Below are positions 12,545 to 25,871 of a DNA stretch of 64,000 nt, piece by piece. Positions within the stretch are counted from its first letter, which is position 1. Each line of letters begins with the position of its first letter. The position numbers and the translations under genes are program-made. Below the pieces are notes generated by a model. That model had not been told where the DNA came from. It did not search any database and saw nothing but the letters and a program-made list of their open reading frames with translations. This stretch comes from Bilabrum cf. latius (lineage: Eukaryota): assembly GCA_965178125.1 (NCBI GenBank), contig OZ237737.1, forward strand, positions 186,001 to 250,000, read 5' to 3'.

Positions 12545-13622
12545 TCAGCGCTACATCCCTGTTGCACCACCACCACCACCACCACCACCGACGCTAACTC
12601 CATTCCCGCTGCACCAGAGCTGCTCCGGTACAGGCCTTCCCCCTCGCCTGGCAGCCAGCACTGCCTCGCCCACCGCCCCCCACACCCTGTCCTCCACCTG
12701 CTCCATGCTGCCCTCCGCGCGCACCACCCGCCACAGAGGGGCGCCGTCGGAGCCGAGCGCGCCCGCAGCGTCGTCCGCGTCCTTCAGCTCGGCGAATCTT
12801 CGGCGAACCTTCGCCTGCAGCTCCGTGGTCTCGTACCGCTCGCTCCCGAAGCCGCCGCGCTTCTCGGCCGCCGCGGGCGGAACTGTGAGGTAGGCCACTG
12901 CGTCTGGCTGGGGGAGACCTGCATCCGGGGCCCTACACCACTGGAGCGATTCATTCGACTAGAATCCGGGCTTGGCCGACGTGAAGGCCACCCCGCTGTA
13001 GACGTACCTATCGCACACCACCGTGGTACCGCTGTGCAGAGTTTCCTCGAGTTCAGATCTGCAGCATCGCGACGAAGGAGTTCGAGGTCGTAGCCACCAT
13101 TTAGCAATGCAATGAAGCGGGCAATAATGATCTCGGCATTGAGTTAGCCAGAGACTATGCTCTCACACTTTCTCCCAGCGGTTCGCCGAAAACAGCAGGT
13201 GCACTGCTTGGTCATCCAGCTCAGATGAGTTCTGCAGATAGGAGTTGATCATCTTGCCTATGGTGGTGGTTCTGTCTGCGGCGGAAGCGTTCATCGAGTA
13301 CAAGCACCATAGACTGGGAAGCACCAGTCAACTCTGGCCGCATTCGAATCGCCGTTGCTTCGAGGAGGGTCTCACCAGGAAACCTCCAAACAACCGCCTT
13401 CTTTCCGTCTTGGTTGAGCCTATCAACAAGTCTCTGGACTTGAGTTGTTTTTCCACACCTGTCTACCCCTTCGAGCACGATGAACGCGCCCCGACTGCGG
13501 GACTCTGGTTGCTTGCCAAGGGAGGAGCACGAAGAGAGCCCTCGCAAGTTACCAAACCCCAACGTCAGAGAGATGCCACATAATGCTGATGACATGATGT
13601 GTTTTTGTGCACGCCGCATCAT
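12545..13622 (-). CDS. DTYMK: Thymidylate (dTMP) kinase
   Basis: [74 protein letters not shown]. Two introns. In-frame TAG at 12959 and 12551; TGA at 12545. Start could be 13595. Confidence 0.92.
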
Positions 13623-13859
13623 GTTGTACGAGCGCAAGTGCAATTCGAGGGTTCGTCATTTTGGCTCCGGGAGGGCCTCGCTTGTTGCGCGGCGCCGCTT
13701 CCGCAGTGGCACGCTCGCTTCATAATCGGTTTCCTCTGCACCACAATTTCCACACCAGGCTAGGCTTACGCGAGCACGAACGCCCAAGTACAGACGTCAA
13801 ATCTGGTAAAGTTTGTGTACTAATAACGTCGCACAGCTTCCAGCCTCACATTGCCAGAA

Positions 13860-16800
13860 ATGGCCAACTCTCCAGGCTTGGTGCACAAAACGGCTAGAAC
13901 AGTCCTGGTGATTTCTGCTCTGATTCTTGCATCAGAGCGGAGTCTTGCCAGGGCGGCGGATGCAGAGATTGAAGAATGTGCCATTTCTTGCAAGGCCTGC
14001 GAGAATGGTGATGCCGACGTGAGTTTAAGTCCGAAAAGGCACCGAAGTCCAAGTTGTAGTCCCCTTTGCGCTCGTTTCGTCTTCATTCCGTCCGAGGACA
14101 TCCACACTCTGCGCCTCCTGGGTCATTGACCTGCTCACTGTGCGCGTTGTTGTGGTGTCGGTCGTGGGCGGTTCTAGCCGAGCGTGCAGCCACTGCACGT
14201 GCTCTCCTTTGCGCTCCGTGCGTTGCGCGCACATGTTGCATTGTCAGAAGTTCTTAAGGGTTATTGGATGCCTCTAAGCCGATACATTGGCTACCTAATG
14301 ATGTTTTTGTCGTATCATTCCCGTCGAAAGCCAAACTACGCCTGCTCAATGTCGATGCCTCGCAGCTGCTGGGCGGGCTCGTGCGAATCTCGCCCATGGG
14401 TGCCGGCCAGGTCTCCGCGGACCTAGGTTCCTACCGCTGGTTTGCAGAAACCTGCGACATCGACGACGACGCCTCCACCTGCAGCGTGGAGGTCGTGGTG
14501 GGCGACGACATCGACCCCGCCAACCCGGACTCTGTCGCTGCCTACGGCGCCGCAGTGGGCCTCTACAGCGGCGTGCTCATCGTGATGGCAGTGCTCACCC
14601 TCGTGTTTGCCCTCTTCCTATGCATCGGGCGCATATGCTGCGGGTGCTGCTGCAAGCCAACGAGCTGCGTGTGCCTCAGGTGCGGAGGCCCCGAGCCCAC
14701 GCTCCGGACGTGCTGCCTGGGGTTCAGGCGAAGCACCACAAAGGGCGATTTCGGGTACCCATGCGCCGAGCGAGTGGCTGCATTCGCCGGCATCACAATT
14801 ACCGTGCTGCTCCTCGGCGTATTTGCCATCCTGGGACAGACGCGCGGCAACCAGGCCTTCACGGATGCGACCATGTCGGTGGCACAGGCACCGGGAGGAC
14901 TCGCCCGGTCGCTGGCTCAGGTGGACGAGCCTGCCTTCGTGGCCTTCCTCTCCATCGGGAGCAACAACACCATCGGGTTTCTGAACGAGACCGCCGACCT
15001 GCTGTCCAGCACGGTCGACTTTACGTACACGGCCGGCCGCATGCAGTGCGTCCTAGACAAGGTGGACGACCTCACCGATGTGGCCGCGGTCCGCGCGCAG
15101 ATTGGCGCGCTGGAGGCCGCCGTGGGCGGGGTGGGGGACGGGATCCAGGGCATCGCGGACGCTGTGGACACCACTCGCGCGCAGATCGACCAGGTGGGCC
15201 TGGCCATCAACGACACGGCCGACACGATCCAAGCGGTGGGTGTGGCCCAGGCCAACACCACGGCGGCCCTCCAGGGCCTCGCCGCATCCGTCCGCCGCGC
15301 CGAGAGCGCCTCCCTGGCCGTGTCCAACTCAGGCACTCCCCCCGGCGCGGCCCAGGCCATGGCAAGCAGCGCGCAGGACGTGGGGAACAACTACCCCTCC
15401 GACGCCGACCTCCAGGGGGGCCAGCAGGGCATCAGCGACCTGCTTACCACGAACGACCTGAATGGGGACCAGGCGGCGCCCACCGCGGAAAGGGTCACGC
15501 TCCGGCAGCACCTGGCCTCTGCGAGAGATGACCTCAACGACATGGGGGACCCGAACGGCACGGCCAACGCCATCGTGGCCTTCAACGACGCCATCGACGA
15601 CTTCACGGCGGATGGGGGTGCGCTCGACGGCATCGTGAACGCCTTCAACCGCGTGAACGGGGCCCTGTCCCAGTTCCCCGCCAGCAGCGTGCTGGGAGAC
15701 AAGCTGGACGCCATCGAGAACAGCGTGAGCACCATCAGCGTGGCGGGAATCTCGAGCGAGCTGGCCTCGCTGGGGGCGGCGCTGGCGTCCTTCCCCTCTG
15801 TGGAGCCCACCATTCAGGAGCTCAACAAGATCTTCGTGCTTAGGGACATCGCGGGGTGCGTGGTGGACGCGGTGAACGAGCTGACCAACCTGAACGATAC
15901 CATTTTCGTGCTGCCGGACGAGATCGCCGACATCACCTCGCTGGCAGGCGACATCAACAGCACGCTGGCAGACGTGGGCGATACCATCAACGACGCGGCC
16001 ACGAGCCTTAGGGACGCGGAGGCCGAGATCGGGGGCTAGAACCTGACGCAGTACCAGCTGGACGTAGACAAGGCGCAGGTGGACCTCGAGTCGTCCCTTG
16101 CCGCCGTGAACCTGACCAAGGTGAGGGCCGACCTTGGCTCGGCCTCACAGGGCGCCACCGACGGTGTCAACGCCTCGCTGGTCAACGACGTGCTCGACCT
16201 CAAGAACACCCTGCTGTCAGCCAAGCTGGACAACAACACGGTGCAGGCCTACAGGTCGCTCTCGGCGGTCTGGAACCAGGCCGTGGCTGCGCTCACCGCG
16301 GAGCTGACCTTCTTCGATTCCTTCCACAAGGGAGTGTGCTCCTCCGACCCGACCATCCAGTGCGAGACCGACGCCGACTGCCCCTCGCCCGACACGTGCG
16401 ACGACCGGGGCACGAGGCACTGCACCGCCAGCCCGAGCACCACGTGCGCGGACAACAACGGATGCACCGCCCCCGACCAGTGCAACGTGGATCCAACACG
16501 CACCGGCGCGGTGAGCGGCCTGCTGAGCGGGCTGGAAAACAACCGGCCCGACACGACGGCCGTCTCCGCCGCCACGCAGGACGCCGAGGACCAGTTCTCC
16601 GGCGTCAGCTTCTCCGACTTGCAGTCGGACATCAACGGGACGATCGACTCAATCGAGTCCATTGACACGGCCTCGCTGACAACGGATCTGGATGGCGTGC
16701 GCGGGCAGACCGCCGCCCCCAGTCTGGCGAGCACTCGGGCCTCGCTCGTCGACGTGAACGCCACGGTGCAGGACGTGGATTTCGCATCGCAGCGGGAGGC

Positions 16801-18418
16801 GATCGACGACATGGACGAGCAGATCACGGACGTGAGAGAGAACCAGCTGGACCAGGCCAGGGACGTGATCGACTTTGTGGACGTGCTGCAGGAGCTGGTC
16901 GAGGAGAAGATCCCAGAGTATGCGGGCCGGCTGTCCGCCGCCCGCATGGGCGAGCTCAGGGAACAAGGGGGCCTCTCCGCTGTGTTCCTCGAGGTCATGC
17001 TAGTGGCGGACGACATGACCCGCACGCTTGCCAACAGGTCCTCGCTGCTGCCCATCGAGGAGCCCACCTCGCTGGCCAACGAGACGAGCTCCGTGACGGA
17101 GATCCTCGAGCTGTTCGACGATCCCGCTTATCTCGAGGCGGGCTCCGTGTACTTTCTGGCGACACTCGCGGACCGCGCGGTGGACGGGCTGGGCACGCCC
17201 CTGATCAACCACACGGACGCGCGCGCCAAGTACGTGCAGACGGACGCCAGCGGGGAGAACTACCCAGACGACGCGATGTGCCTGACAGACGCGTGCATCC
17301 GCAACGACAACGAGAGGTTCCACACGGAGCCGCTGGCCGACGGGCCCCTGGGGCTGCCTATCCCTCTGTCCAGGGAGACGCTCGTCTCCTTGCCCTACAT
17401 CATCGTGGCCATCTTCGCCATCGTGGGCCTGCTCGCGTGCCTGGCGCCCATCATGTGCGAGTCTCCCCAGTGGCAGAAGGTGCCTTCCGCGTGCTTCGCC
17501 GGCTGCTCCCTGGGCTTCGCCCCCTGCATGCTCATCTTCGGGGCTCTCTTCCTGCCGCTCGTGATGGTCTTCAGGGACACGTGCGCGGGCATGCCCAACG
17601 TGGCGCACCAGTACGTCAAGGTCAGCGGCCGGGGCCTGTGCGCGGGCACCCTCGACGGGGTGGGAGACGCCTCGCTCTGCAGCTCCAACGTGAGCCTGGG
17701 CCTGGGCGGGGACCCCATCCCTGTCACGTACCGCCCCCTTGACACCATCAGCGCGCTCTTCGATGGGTGCGACCCTGCGGAGGACCCGCTCCGGGAGACG
17801 TTCGCCGCCCTTGCTAGCGGCCTGAGCGACGCCGTGAGCTCGGCTGCCGACGAGATGCTGGAGGGCGACACCGGCTTCGAGCTGCGGGCCCCGATGCAGG
17901 CCATCCTCACGAGAGCTGCCCGGGGCCTGGGCGTGTCTGCGGGGCAGCTGGTGACGTCTCTGCACGAGGACGTGCTCCGCTGCGACAGGATGCACGGCAC
18001 GGTGGCGGGCTTCAAGGAGGCCCTGTGCTGCGAGGTGCTCGACTCTGTGTACTGGCTCGTCTCCCCCTGGATCCTCATGGGGCTGGTGCTCCTGTGCCTA
18101 GGGACCCCATGCGGGCTGCTAGCCCGCAAGCGCATCCCGTCGTCCATGTGGGGAACAGCGTACGACGAGGAGGCCGAGAGAGTCAAGGCCGCGCAGGCCG
18201 GGATCATCGGCCTCGGGGGGGGAGAGGGAGCAGGAGGTGGCAAGGGAGCGACCATCAACGTGAGCGTCAACAGCGTTGGAGGTGCAGAAGAGTTTGCTGT
18301 GAGGAACGGGGCGGCTCCCAGCCCCAGCGCGCCCCCGCCGTCCTCAGCCTCGACCGCTCCGGATGCGGATGGCAAGTCAATGTACGCAAACCCGACCTAC
18401 CCCGCCTCTAGGCAGTGA
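13860..18418 (+). CDS. Large multi-pass membrane glycoprotein with prominin/tweety-like topology
   Basis: Signal-peptide-like N-terminus; TM followed by Cys-rich loop (CIGRICCGCCCK...CGG); large helical N-glycosylated loop; paired TMs; second loop; final TM. ORFs 14264-16039 and 16079-18418 join in frame across TAG 16037. The 5' exon structure (intron donor 14019) is uncertain. Confidence 0.65.
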
Positions 18419-18683
18419 GTGGCGAGGAGGTGCGGATGGGTTCGGCATTCAATGAGGTGTAGCTTTCTTGCCTTTGCAGCGCAGTAGCTGCTCGGGATCC
18501 GAAAGCGAGACCTGGGTCAGTCCGAGGTGAGTGGAGGGGAGGGGGGAGCACGTCGCTCTGCAGACAGGAAGCGGTTCATTGTTTAGTCGGCGCTTGATTG
18601 TCAAGGTGCCGCAAATGTGTCAGTTCGAACATTTTTCAGTTCTGTATAAACAACTTGTGTATTCTCTCCACTGAAAGCTCTTG

Positions 18684-19280
18684 TTATCTCTCTACGCTTG
18701 CCCCATCAGCACCACCCTCGGCGGGTGCTCTTGTAGGGGATGCCTCTTCGACTGGTGCAGCCGAATCAGTTCCCTTCTTTTGGATAACAGATCCAAACAA
18801 TGCCAACCGATACACAACCATTCTGCCATAAAAGTCACCAAGGCCCTTGAACACGAGCCGCATGCGGCCAACGGCAGCTTCGAAGGGGCCTACGGCGAGC
18901 ACCTGCTCGGTGGCCACCTCGGTCGGAAACACGGTACATCCAGGCAACCAGTCACTCTCATCCGCCAATGCAGCCTCTCCAGCGTCTGTAGATACCTACA
19001 ACTCAATTTCATTAGCACCAAATCCACCCTGGAACTGCACGTGCAAGTGTGTCGGAGCAGTGTGTCTTCGGAGGCGAATTTCAACCCAGTGTGACTCCCC
19101 TGCCTCCGATGACCAAGATCCCTCCGGTTTTGATGCATCTAGCGCTAGTTTTGGCCCGTGCTTCTTCTTGCTCCCCCCCAAGCAGGAGCTACAGCGAACT
19201 TTGATATCCTCAACTCTCGTCAACTCCACAGATATATCCTCACCGCGACCTCCGTCCACTCCACCTGAAGCAGATGCCAT
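18684..19280 (-). CDS. NR2C2AP: NR2C2-associated protein (TRA16)-like galactose-binding-fold protein
   Basis: W.S..G..HW, VQFQGGF and DFYGRMVVYRL motifs lie on both sides of an in-frame TAG at 18996. Ends in TAA at 18684. Confidence 0.8.
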
Positions 19281-19432
19281 TGTTAACTACTCTCAATTCT
19301 TGCGTGGATGCTGTCCTTCCGTCCTTTGGCTGCAGAATAGCCAAATTCGATACCATTCTCCTTTGCGGAACCACTTTTTCGCGGCGCCGGCCTAGGCCCC
19401 AGAAAGGGCCCGCCGGCACTCATTGCCTAGCG

Positions 19433-20427
19433 ATGGCTTCTTCAGGGGCATCTGCCGCGCCTGATGGTTCCGGGACCATGGCAACTATTAAGACATATGC
19501 TGTTGGTGACGGAAAGGGGAGGTAGTACTACGCTTGGCTGGGTGCCGCGTGGGGCCTGTCGACAGTGATGCTCTTCAACCTAATGAGGCGTAGACCAATG
19601 ATGTTCGGTGAGTACACGCTCATCAAGGCTGTTCCTTTCCGTATCATGTATTTGTTTCTTAGGGTTTCCCCTTTAGAGTAACCTTGCTTGCCTCTGCTTC
19701 GCCTGCTGCTGGTTGCGCAGAGCCTTGGATGCACGTTGGAGCTGTCACCGTGGTTAGTGCTGGGCTCTATCAGGTAGGTGCCGCCCTCGAAGACACTCGA
19801 AAGTATCAGGATAAAGAAAGTCGAGCGTATTTGCGAGCTCCGGAGTGGCTTGGCAAGGAGGAGGCGTGGAACGGGATCCGACTGGACGGTCGCGAGCAGG
19901 CCATGCGCCTCGCCGCAGTGAGAAAGGCCGTGGTCCACCTGGACGCGCAGGCCATCGAGGCTGGCGAGATGGAGAAGCCCGTGAGCTCCCGGCCCGCCGC
20001 GGGCGCCATGCAGGCCCTCCGCTCCATCCGCGCGCTGTCCCAGAAGTGCCGCGACGAGCTCAAGGCCGCCGCAGAGGCACAGGGCGAGGAGCTCCCCGAG
20101 AAGGTTAGGGTCTCGCCCGAGGACGAGGCGCGCGTGGCAGAGGCCGTGGCTCGATTGCTGCTGCAGGGCATCGGAGGGGAGGGCAGGGACGTGGGGCCGA
20201 GGGCGGTCCTGAGGCTGCAGGCAGCGGCCAAGGACACGGCCGGGTGGCTGCTGCGGCCGAGCGGGGACTCGGATTCCCACCCGCCGGGGTCTCTCTTGGC
20301 GGAGTAGCTTGATGGTCTTGCGGGTCACGAGGTGACGAATGACGTGGTGAGGGAGGTGGTGGCGGCGTGGAGCGCGGCGTGCGGCCTCTCGACCGAGCAG
20401 GCGATGGCCGCTGCGGGACGGCAGTGA
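19433..20427 (+). CDS. Complex I subunit B14.5b/NDUFC2-like N-terminal domain with ~200-aa C-terminal extension
   Basis: After splicing (intron 19608-19720) it reads WLGAAWGLSTVMLFNLMRRRPMMFEPWMHVGAV, resembling plant-type B14.5b (GALLGLG.QMYSNALRKLPYMRHPWEHV). TAG at 19523 and 20305; TGA at 20425. Confidence 0.6.
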
Positions 20428-20683
20428 GAGGAGCATGGCGCATTTGCGTGCATGCGGGAGCACAGGGGAGACTCAGGCGCTGCGACTGTCCTCGACAGGT
20501 GATTGTGATGCTTGTGTTGATGACCACAAGCGAGAACGCGTCGCATTCCTGCTGCACTCGACTGTCAGTCAGTCTCGGTTGCGCCACCGGACCTTGTCAT
20601 CATCACACTCAGCCAATGGGCGAGCGAATTTACCATTGCGATCCACCACAGCCGAGTCCATTGATCGCAATAGTGTTGCAGTT

Positions 20684-23617
20684 ATGGAGGCCGTAATCAT
20701 AGGCTACAGTGCCCGCGAACTCAGCATCGGCGGCTTGGCATTCTTGTGCTTTTGGATCGGCTGGCTGCAGTTGAGCTCGTTTTGGGCTGTTTGCGCCGCT
20801 GCTCTGGCAGTTTTCCTTGCAAACATCCCGACAAGGCAGAAAACAGAAGATGAGCAAATTGATAGCGAGCTCAAGAAAGAAGGTAGCCACCTCCGCCTGC
20901 TTCGACCACTCAGGCTCAACGACCTCGACGCGCGAGACAGGCCGCAATGGCTTGTCTCGCAGGATCATGACCGCGTTCGGTGGCTGAATATGGTGCTCCA
21001 GGGGGCTTGGGTCAACGTAGGTGATGCGTATGAACCTATGCTTCGCGATATGTTGTCTGGCATGCTGAAACCAGTCTCCAGCATGGTGGGCCCGCTAGCT
21101 CGCTTCATCCCAGGCGTATCGGCCTCTGACATCCGCATGCGCTGCGATGTAGTTTCGTTTGGTCGAAGCGCGCCGCAGTTTACGTCTGCGCGAGGCCGGC
21201 CTGTGGACGAGGCTACCGGTGTGCAGGTGGACGCCGAGTTGGACTGGTGGCCGGGAGCTGTGCCCGAGCATTTTCCCCCGCGGGCAGCCACGGCCCCGGA
21301 CGACGAGGAAGACCACCACGACGCGGGCTCAAAATCCACCGCAGCCGAGAGGGCAGAGCGCCGCGAGCTGGAGCGCATGCGCCAGGAGGCCCACCGCGTG
21401 GGGCTCGTGGTGGCCATCTCAGCGCACGTCGGGAGGGTCCGCCTCTTGGCCGTCAGAGCCGTCGTGAAGAACCTCCGAGCGATCGTCCGGCTCTCATTCG
21501 AAGGCCCCCAGCCCACCGCCCCGTTCTTCGGCTCTTTGGGCATCTCCATCGTGGGTACCCCCCGGGTGGACTACGACATCTCTGCGTGGGAGAGCCTCCA
21601 CCCCCTGGACCTCTGGTTCGCGAGGGACCTCCTGGATGGGGTCATCCGGAATCAAATATCCAACCTGCAGGAACCGGCCCGCATCTCGATCCCGCTGGCG
21701 GGGTCCGATGCCGCCGACGAGTCGGTCAGGCAGCGGGCCCCGGAGCTGGCCCCGGCAGACTCCCAGGTCGCAGCGGTGGCCATCGTGCGCGTGCGGGGGC
21801 TGGTGCTGGACCCTGCTGGTGGCCAGGCCGCTCTCGCCGGGTCTGCAGAAGCAGCCCTGCTGGCAGAAGAGACTGTGCTCCCATGGGGCGCCGGGAGCGT
21901 GGATGGGTAGGATGAGGATAGCATGGGGGGGAAAGGAGGGGACGGAAGGGACAGAGGGGTGGGTCTGGGCGCAGCGGGACAGGCGGGCGGGCAGGGACTC
22001 GGAGTTGGAATGGGTCCGAGGAGCCCGGGAGCATTGCGCGGCGGCGTGCTGCCCCCAATCGCGGCTCCCGTGGAGGTGCCTGCCGGTTCTCTTGCCACCC
22101 TCAGTGCCGGGCTGGAGCTGCTGGGGAGGGCAGGGACCGTGCAACGGCAGGAGGCGAGTATCTTGCCGGTGGGCTCTGGCGTGTCGCGTGCAAGTGCATC
22201 ATCCGGCGGCGTGGCTGTTTCCTCCGCAGCTTCCTCTTCTTCCCGTTCTGCCCCATCTGTGGGCGAGTTCCTCTTCCTTCTGTCCGACAGCCAGCTGCCC
22301 CAGGCCAGGGCACTCGCGCAGGAGGAGCAGGGGGCCATCCAGGCAGTGGCCAAGAAACTGGCGGACAAGGACGGCGGGAAACACGGCTCTGAGGCGAGCA
22401 AAGAAAGCGACCGGCGGTTGGGAGCGCCTGCGGGGCCACCCACTGACATTCATGGGCTGCCCGCAGCGACGCGCAACAAGCTGCGCAAGCTAGGCGAGGA
22501 TGTGGCCAGGCGGGCGCGGGGAGCCACAGCGATCGTGCAGGCCGCGGGGAAGGTGAGGGGGGAGGCCAGCGGGCAGCATGGATCGAGAGAAGAGGCTGGT
22601 CCGGGTGCGCCTGGCAGCAGGAGTCAGCCGTTCTCCTTCTCGGCCAGGGTGCCGGTGGCCGGCCCTGCTGCCTCTGGGATGGGCGTGGGCGTGGACGGCC
22701 GCACGGCGCGCTGTTCCCTGGCGGTGCTGAGTCACAGGGGCAGGACGGGCGAGCTTAGGTGTGACGTCACTCTGCTGGCGCTGAGGCGGGCCCCCGCTCT
22801 CACCCGGGGACCGCCTAGCGGTGGCGGGGGCACGGGTGCAGACACGGCTCGAGTGGAATCGGAAGCGGGTGCGGGTGCGGGTGCGGGTGCGAGCGCGGGG
22901 CGGGACAGCAGCCAGGGCATGGGGCGGACTGCGGTCGAGGCTGAGGACCGTTCGGGGCTTGGGCTGCTTGCGAGAACGTCGGGGGCCGGTGAAGATGCAT
23001 TGCGCGGTGGTGCGCCTAGCCGGGGAGCCGGAAGTGCAGCGGTCCACGATGAGGTGAGGCATCGGCTCCGATCGCTGGCGGGGTCTGTGCCCGCGGCATG
23101 GCCCACACGAGGGGTGCTTCCAGGTCTTCTGGTGGTCCGTGTGACGAGTGCACGGCTGGAGGGGGCGGGGCTGGAACTCCCCGGACCTCGTCTTCCGAGC
23201 GGGTCGCTGTCCCTGCGGCTGGGAGCCCGGTCCTCGTCCTTGGGCCCGGTGGGCGTGCGATCCGCCGGTGTGACGAGTGGTGATGCGGGTGCCGGTGGAC
23301 AAGGGGGTGCGATGAGGCCTTCGGCGGCTGCAAAGTATCGGTTGAGTTTCGACGAGGACGCCAGGCTGCTGGCGCGTGACGCCGTCACGCAGAGGCTGCA
23401 GCTCTCGCTGTCTCTGTCGAGGGAGGACGGGACAGCGAGAGAGCGCGATGGCGAGCTGCACGGCTCGGTGGACCTGAGCCAGGTGGCGCTGCAGCCGCGG
23501 CTCTTCCTGCAGGCTCGGGTGCCTGTGCGAGCATCCAGGTCCGGGGAGGCGGGGCAAGTGCTCCGGGGCACGATTGGGATCACGCTGACGCTGCGGCCAT
23601 TTGTCGGCATCCCCTGA
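20684..23617 (+). CDS. Extended-synaptotagmin/tricalbin-like SMP-domain protein with degenerate C2 domain(s)
   Basis: N-terminal hydrophobic hairpin; SMP signature RPQWLVSQDHDRVRWLN..L..AW, SFG..APQF, PFFGSLGISIVG.P.VDY; C-terminal C2-like region. Joined across TAG 21908; TGA at 23615. Confidence 0.75.
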
Positions 23618-23747
23618 ATGGGAATTGATCGATTACTTCTAACTGTACGGTTAATCGCAGATCTCCCAACACGCTGTGCACGGTTGAGGCAGTTGCAGCG
23701 CACGAACCTGCCAGTGTCCACGCCAACGGTGGCATCATTAGAGCAGC

Positions 23748-25467
23748 ATGATAGCGGCAGCACTTGCTTTGGCTGCATGCGCAGCAGGGTCTGATACTGT
23801 TCAGATCCCTGGTCTTGGCGGAGTCGCCGGGAATGTGCTGCAAAGCTCCCGCGAGTTTCTCGGAATACCGTACGCCAAGCCCCCAATCGGTGACTTGCGC
23901 TGGGCCGCGCCTAAACCCTTCGGTGGCTGGAACGGCACAAGAAATGCGACGCAGTATTCGCAGAATTGTGCTCAGTATGGATCGTTCAACCCACCCATGG
24001 GCAATACAAGCGAGGACGTTAGTGACCCACGGAATGAACTCTTTGTGTGATTCACATGTTCGACTTGGTGTTCTCGCTACGCAATACTCGTTGTTGTAGC
24101 CATATCTATCCACGCAGTGTCTGTACCTGAACATTTTTGCGCCAGTGTAGGCACCAGTGTTGCGAGCATCTGCTGTCATGCCTTCGGCGGAGCCGCTTCC
24201 AGTTCTATTCTACATGCACGGGGGTTGTTACGAGAATGGCGGGTCCAACGAAGAGCGATTGAACGGGACTTACTTCATCCAACGAACAGGGCAGAAGGTC
24301 CTTGTCGTCGTCGTGAACTACAGACTGAGTATCTTTGGTTTCCTCGGCGGCGACGCGCTCAGGGACGCCGGCGCTGGAGGGACCACGGGCAACTGGGGGA
24401 TGCTGGATCAGAGGCTGGCGCTCGAGTGGACCTACAACCATATATCTGCCTTCGGTGGCGACCCGAATAACATCATGATATTCGGGGAGAGCGCAGGGGC
24501 GGGCTCTGTGGCCAACCACTTGGTGCGCCCCGCCTCGATGAAGTACTACCACCGAGCCGCCGCCTAGTCGGGTGCCTTCGCCGAGTGGATCGCAAACCCG
24601 GGGCAGTGGGCACAGGCACAGTACGACAAACTTCTGTCCATCACGGGTTGCAAGGATCCGTCCTGCCTCCGCGCCCTAGACGCAGATGCCGTAAAGAAGG
24701 CGGGCCCGGAGGCAGGGTATGTCCCGTCCCCCGTCCCGCTCGAGGGCTTCCCCTCCCAGCTCAGGTGTGTGTGGGCACCCGTGGTGGACGGAGTGGAGCT
24801 GAAGGCGCACCCCGCCACGCTGGCGCGGCAGGGACAGCACGCCAACGTGCCGTTTTTGCTGGGCACCAACAGGGACGAAGGGGCCTCCTTCATGGGAGGC
24901 CGCACGCTCAAGAAGGCCACTGCCGCCGACCTGCTAAAGTACCTGACGCAAGACCTGCAGCTGAACCAGACAGTGGCAGATGCGGCTCTAAAGATTTACA
25001 ACCCCGATAGCTTCAACGACACGGACTGCTGCAGCCGGTACTTCTGGGCAGCGACCCAGATGCTGGGCGACCTCACCATGACGTGCGCTGCACTTGACGC
25101 GGCGACCTGGTGGAAGCAAGCAGGCGGGGCCCCGGCGGTGTACAAGTACTATTTCACGCACGCCCATGCCGGCAGTCCCTTCGTCTCTCATGCCTCGGAT
25201 ATCCCCTACGTCTGGCACGTGGACCCGCTCTTGGATCCGCAGGCGGGAGGGACCGTGGTGTCCGACCACATGAACGCCTACTGGTCCAACTTCGCGAGCA
25301 CGTCAAACCCGATGAAGGGGCCCCAGGCGAGCGCGGATCTGCCTCAGTGGCCCGAATTTCAGGCAGGGAACAAGGTCACCCTGCACATTGGGGACAGCTC
25401 CTTCCCGGCGCCGTCCCACGAGACCAAGTGCGCATTCTGGGGCTCGGTGGGCTACCTGCCTCGATGA
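23748..25467 (+). CDS. Secreted type-B carboxylesterase/cholinesterase-family enzyme
   Basis: Signal peptide, FLGIPYAKPPIGDLRW, SED|CLYLNIF (intron 24018-24117), HGG, NYRLSIFGFL, GNWGMLDQ, FGGDP, FGESAG, HRAAA[TAG]SG, GTNRDEG, SHASDI. TAG at 24148 and 24565. Confidence 0.95.
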
Positions 25468-25604
25468 GGCAAAGGGCTCGGTGGGCTACCTGTCTAGGTG
25501 AGGCAAAGTGCTCGGTGGGCTACCTGCCTAGGTGAGGCAAAGGGCTCGGTGGGCTACCTGCCTCGATGAGGCAAAGGGCTCGGTGGGCTACCTGCCTAGG
25601 TGAG
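25441..25604 (+). repeat. 34-bp tandem repeat (~4.8 copies) spanning the carboxylesterase stop codon
   Basis: Unit GGCTCGGTGGGCTACCTGCCT(CGA/AGG)TGAGGCAAAG, repeated head to tail with no spacers. Confidence 0.92.
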
Positions 25605-25871
25605 AAGATGGGCCTAGCGGGTTGGGTCGGCGCTCGCGGCTAGCTGAAGTGGGGACTAGTACGGTCCTCGAAAAACAGAGCAAGTGGGGTTGTTTGTGGG
25701 TGATGTCCAACAGCATGACTGATCAGCATGATCAGGCTCTTGGTTGGACCTCAGCAACAAGATCCGGATTGCTGGTGGCAAGACTACATCTGACCGATTC
25801 TTGCGTCCAAGATACTGTATACATACTGCCACAAGTCAGCCAGGGCATCTGATCCGATCAGTCAACTCCCA

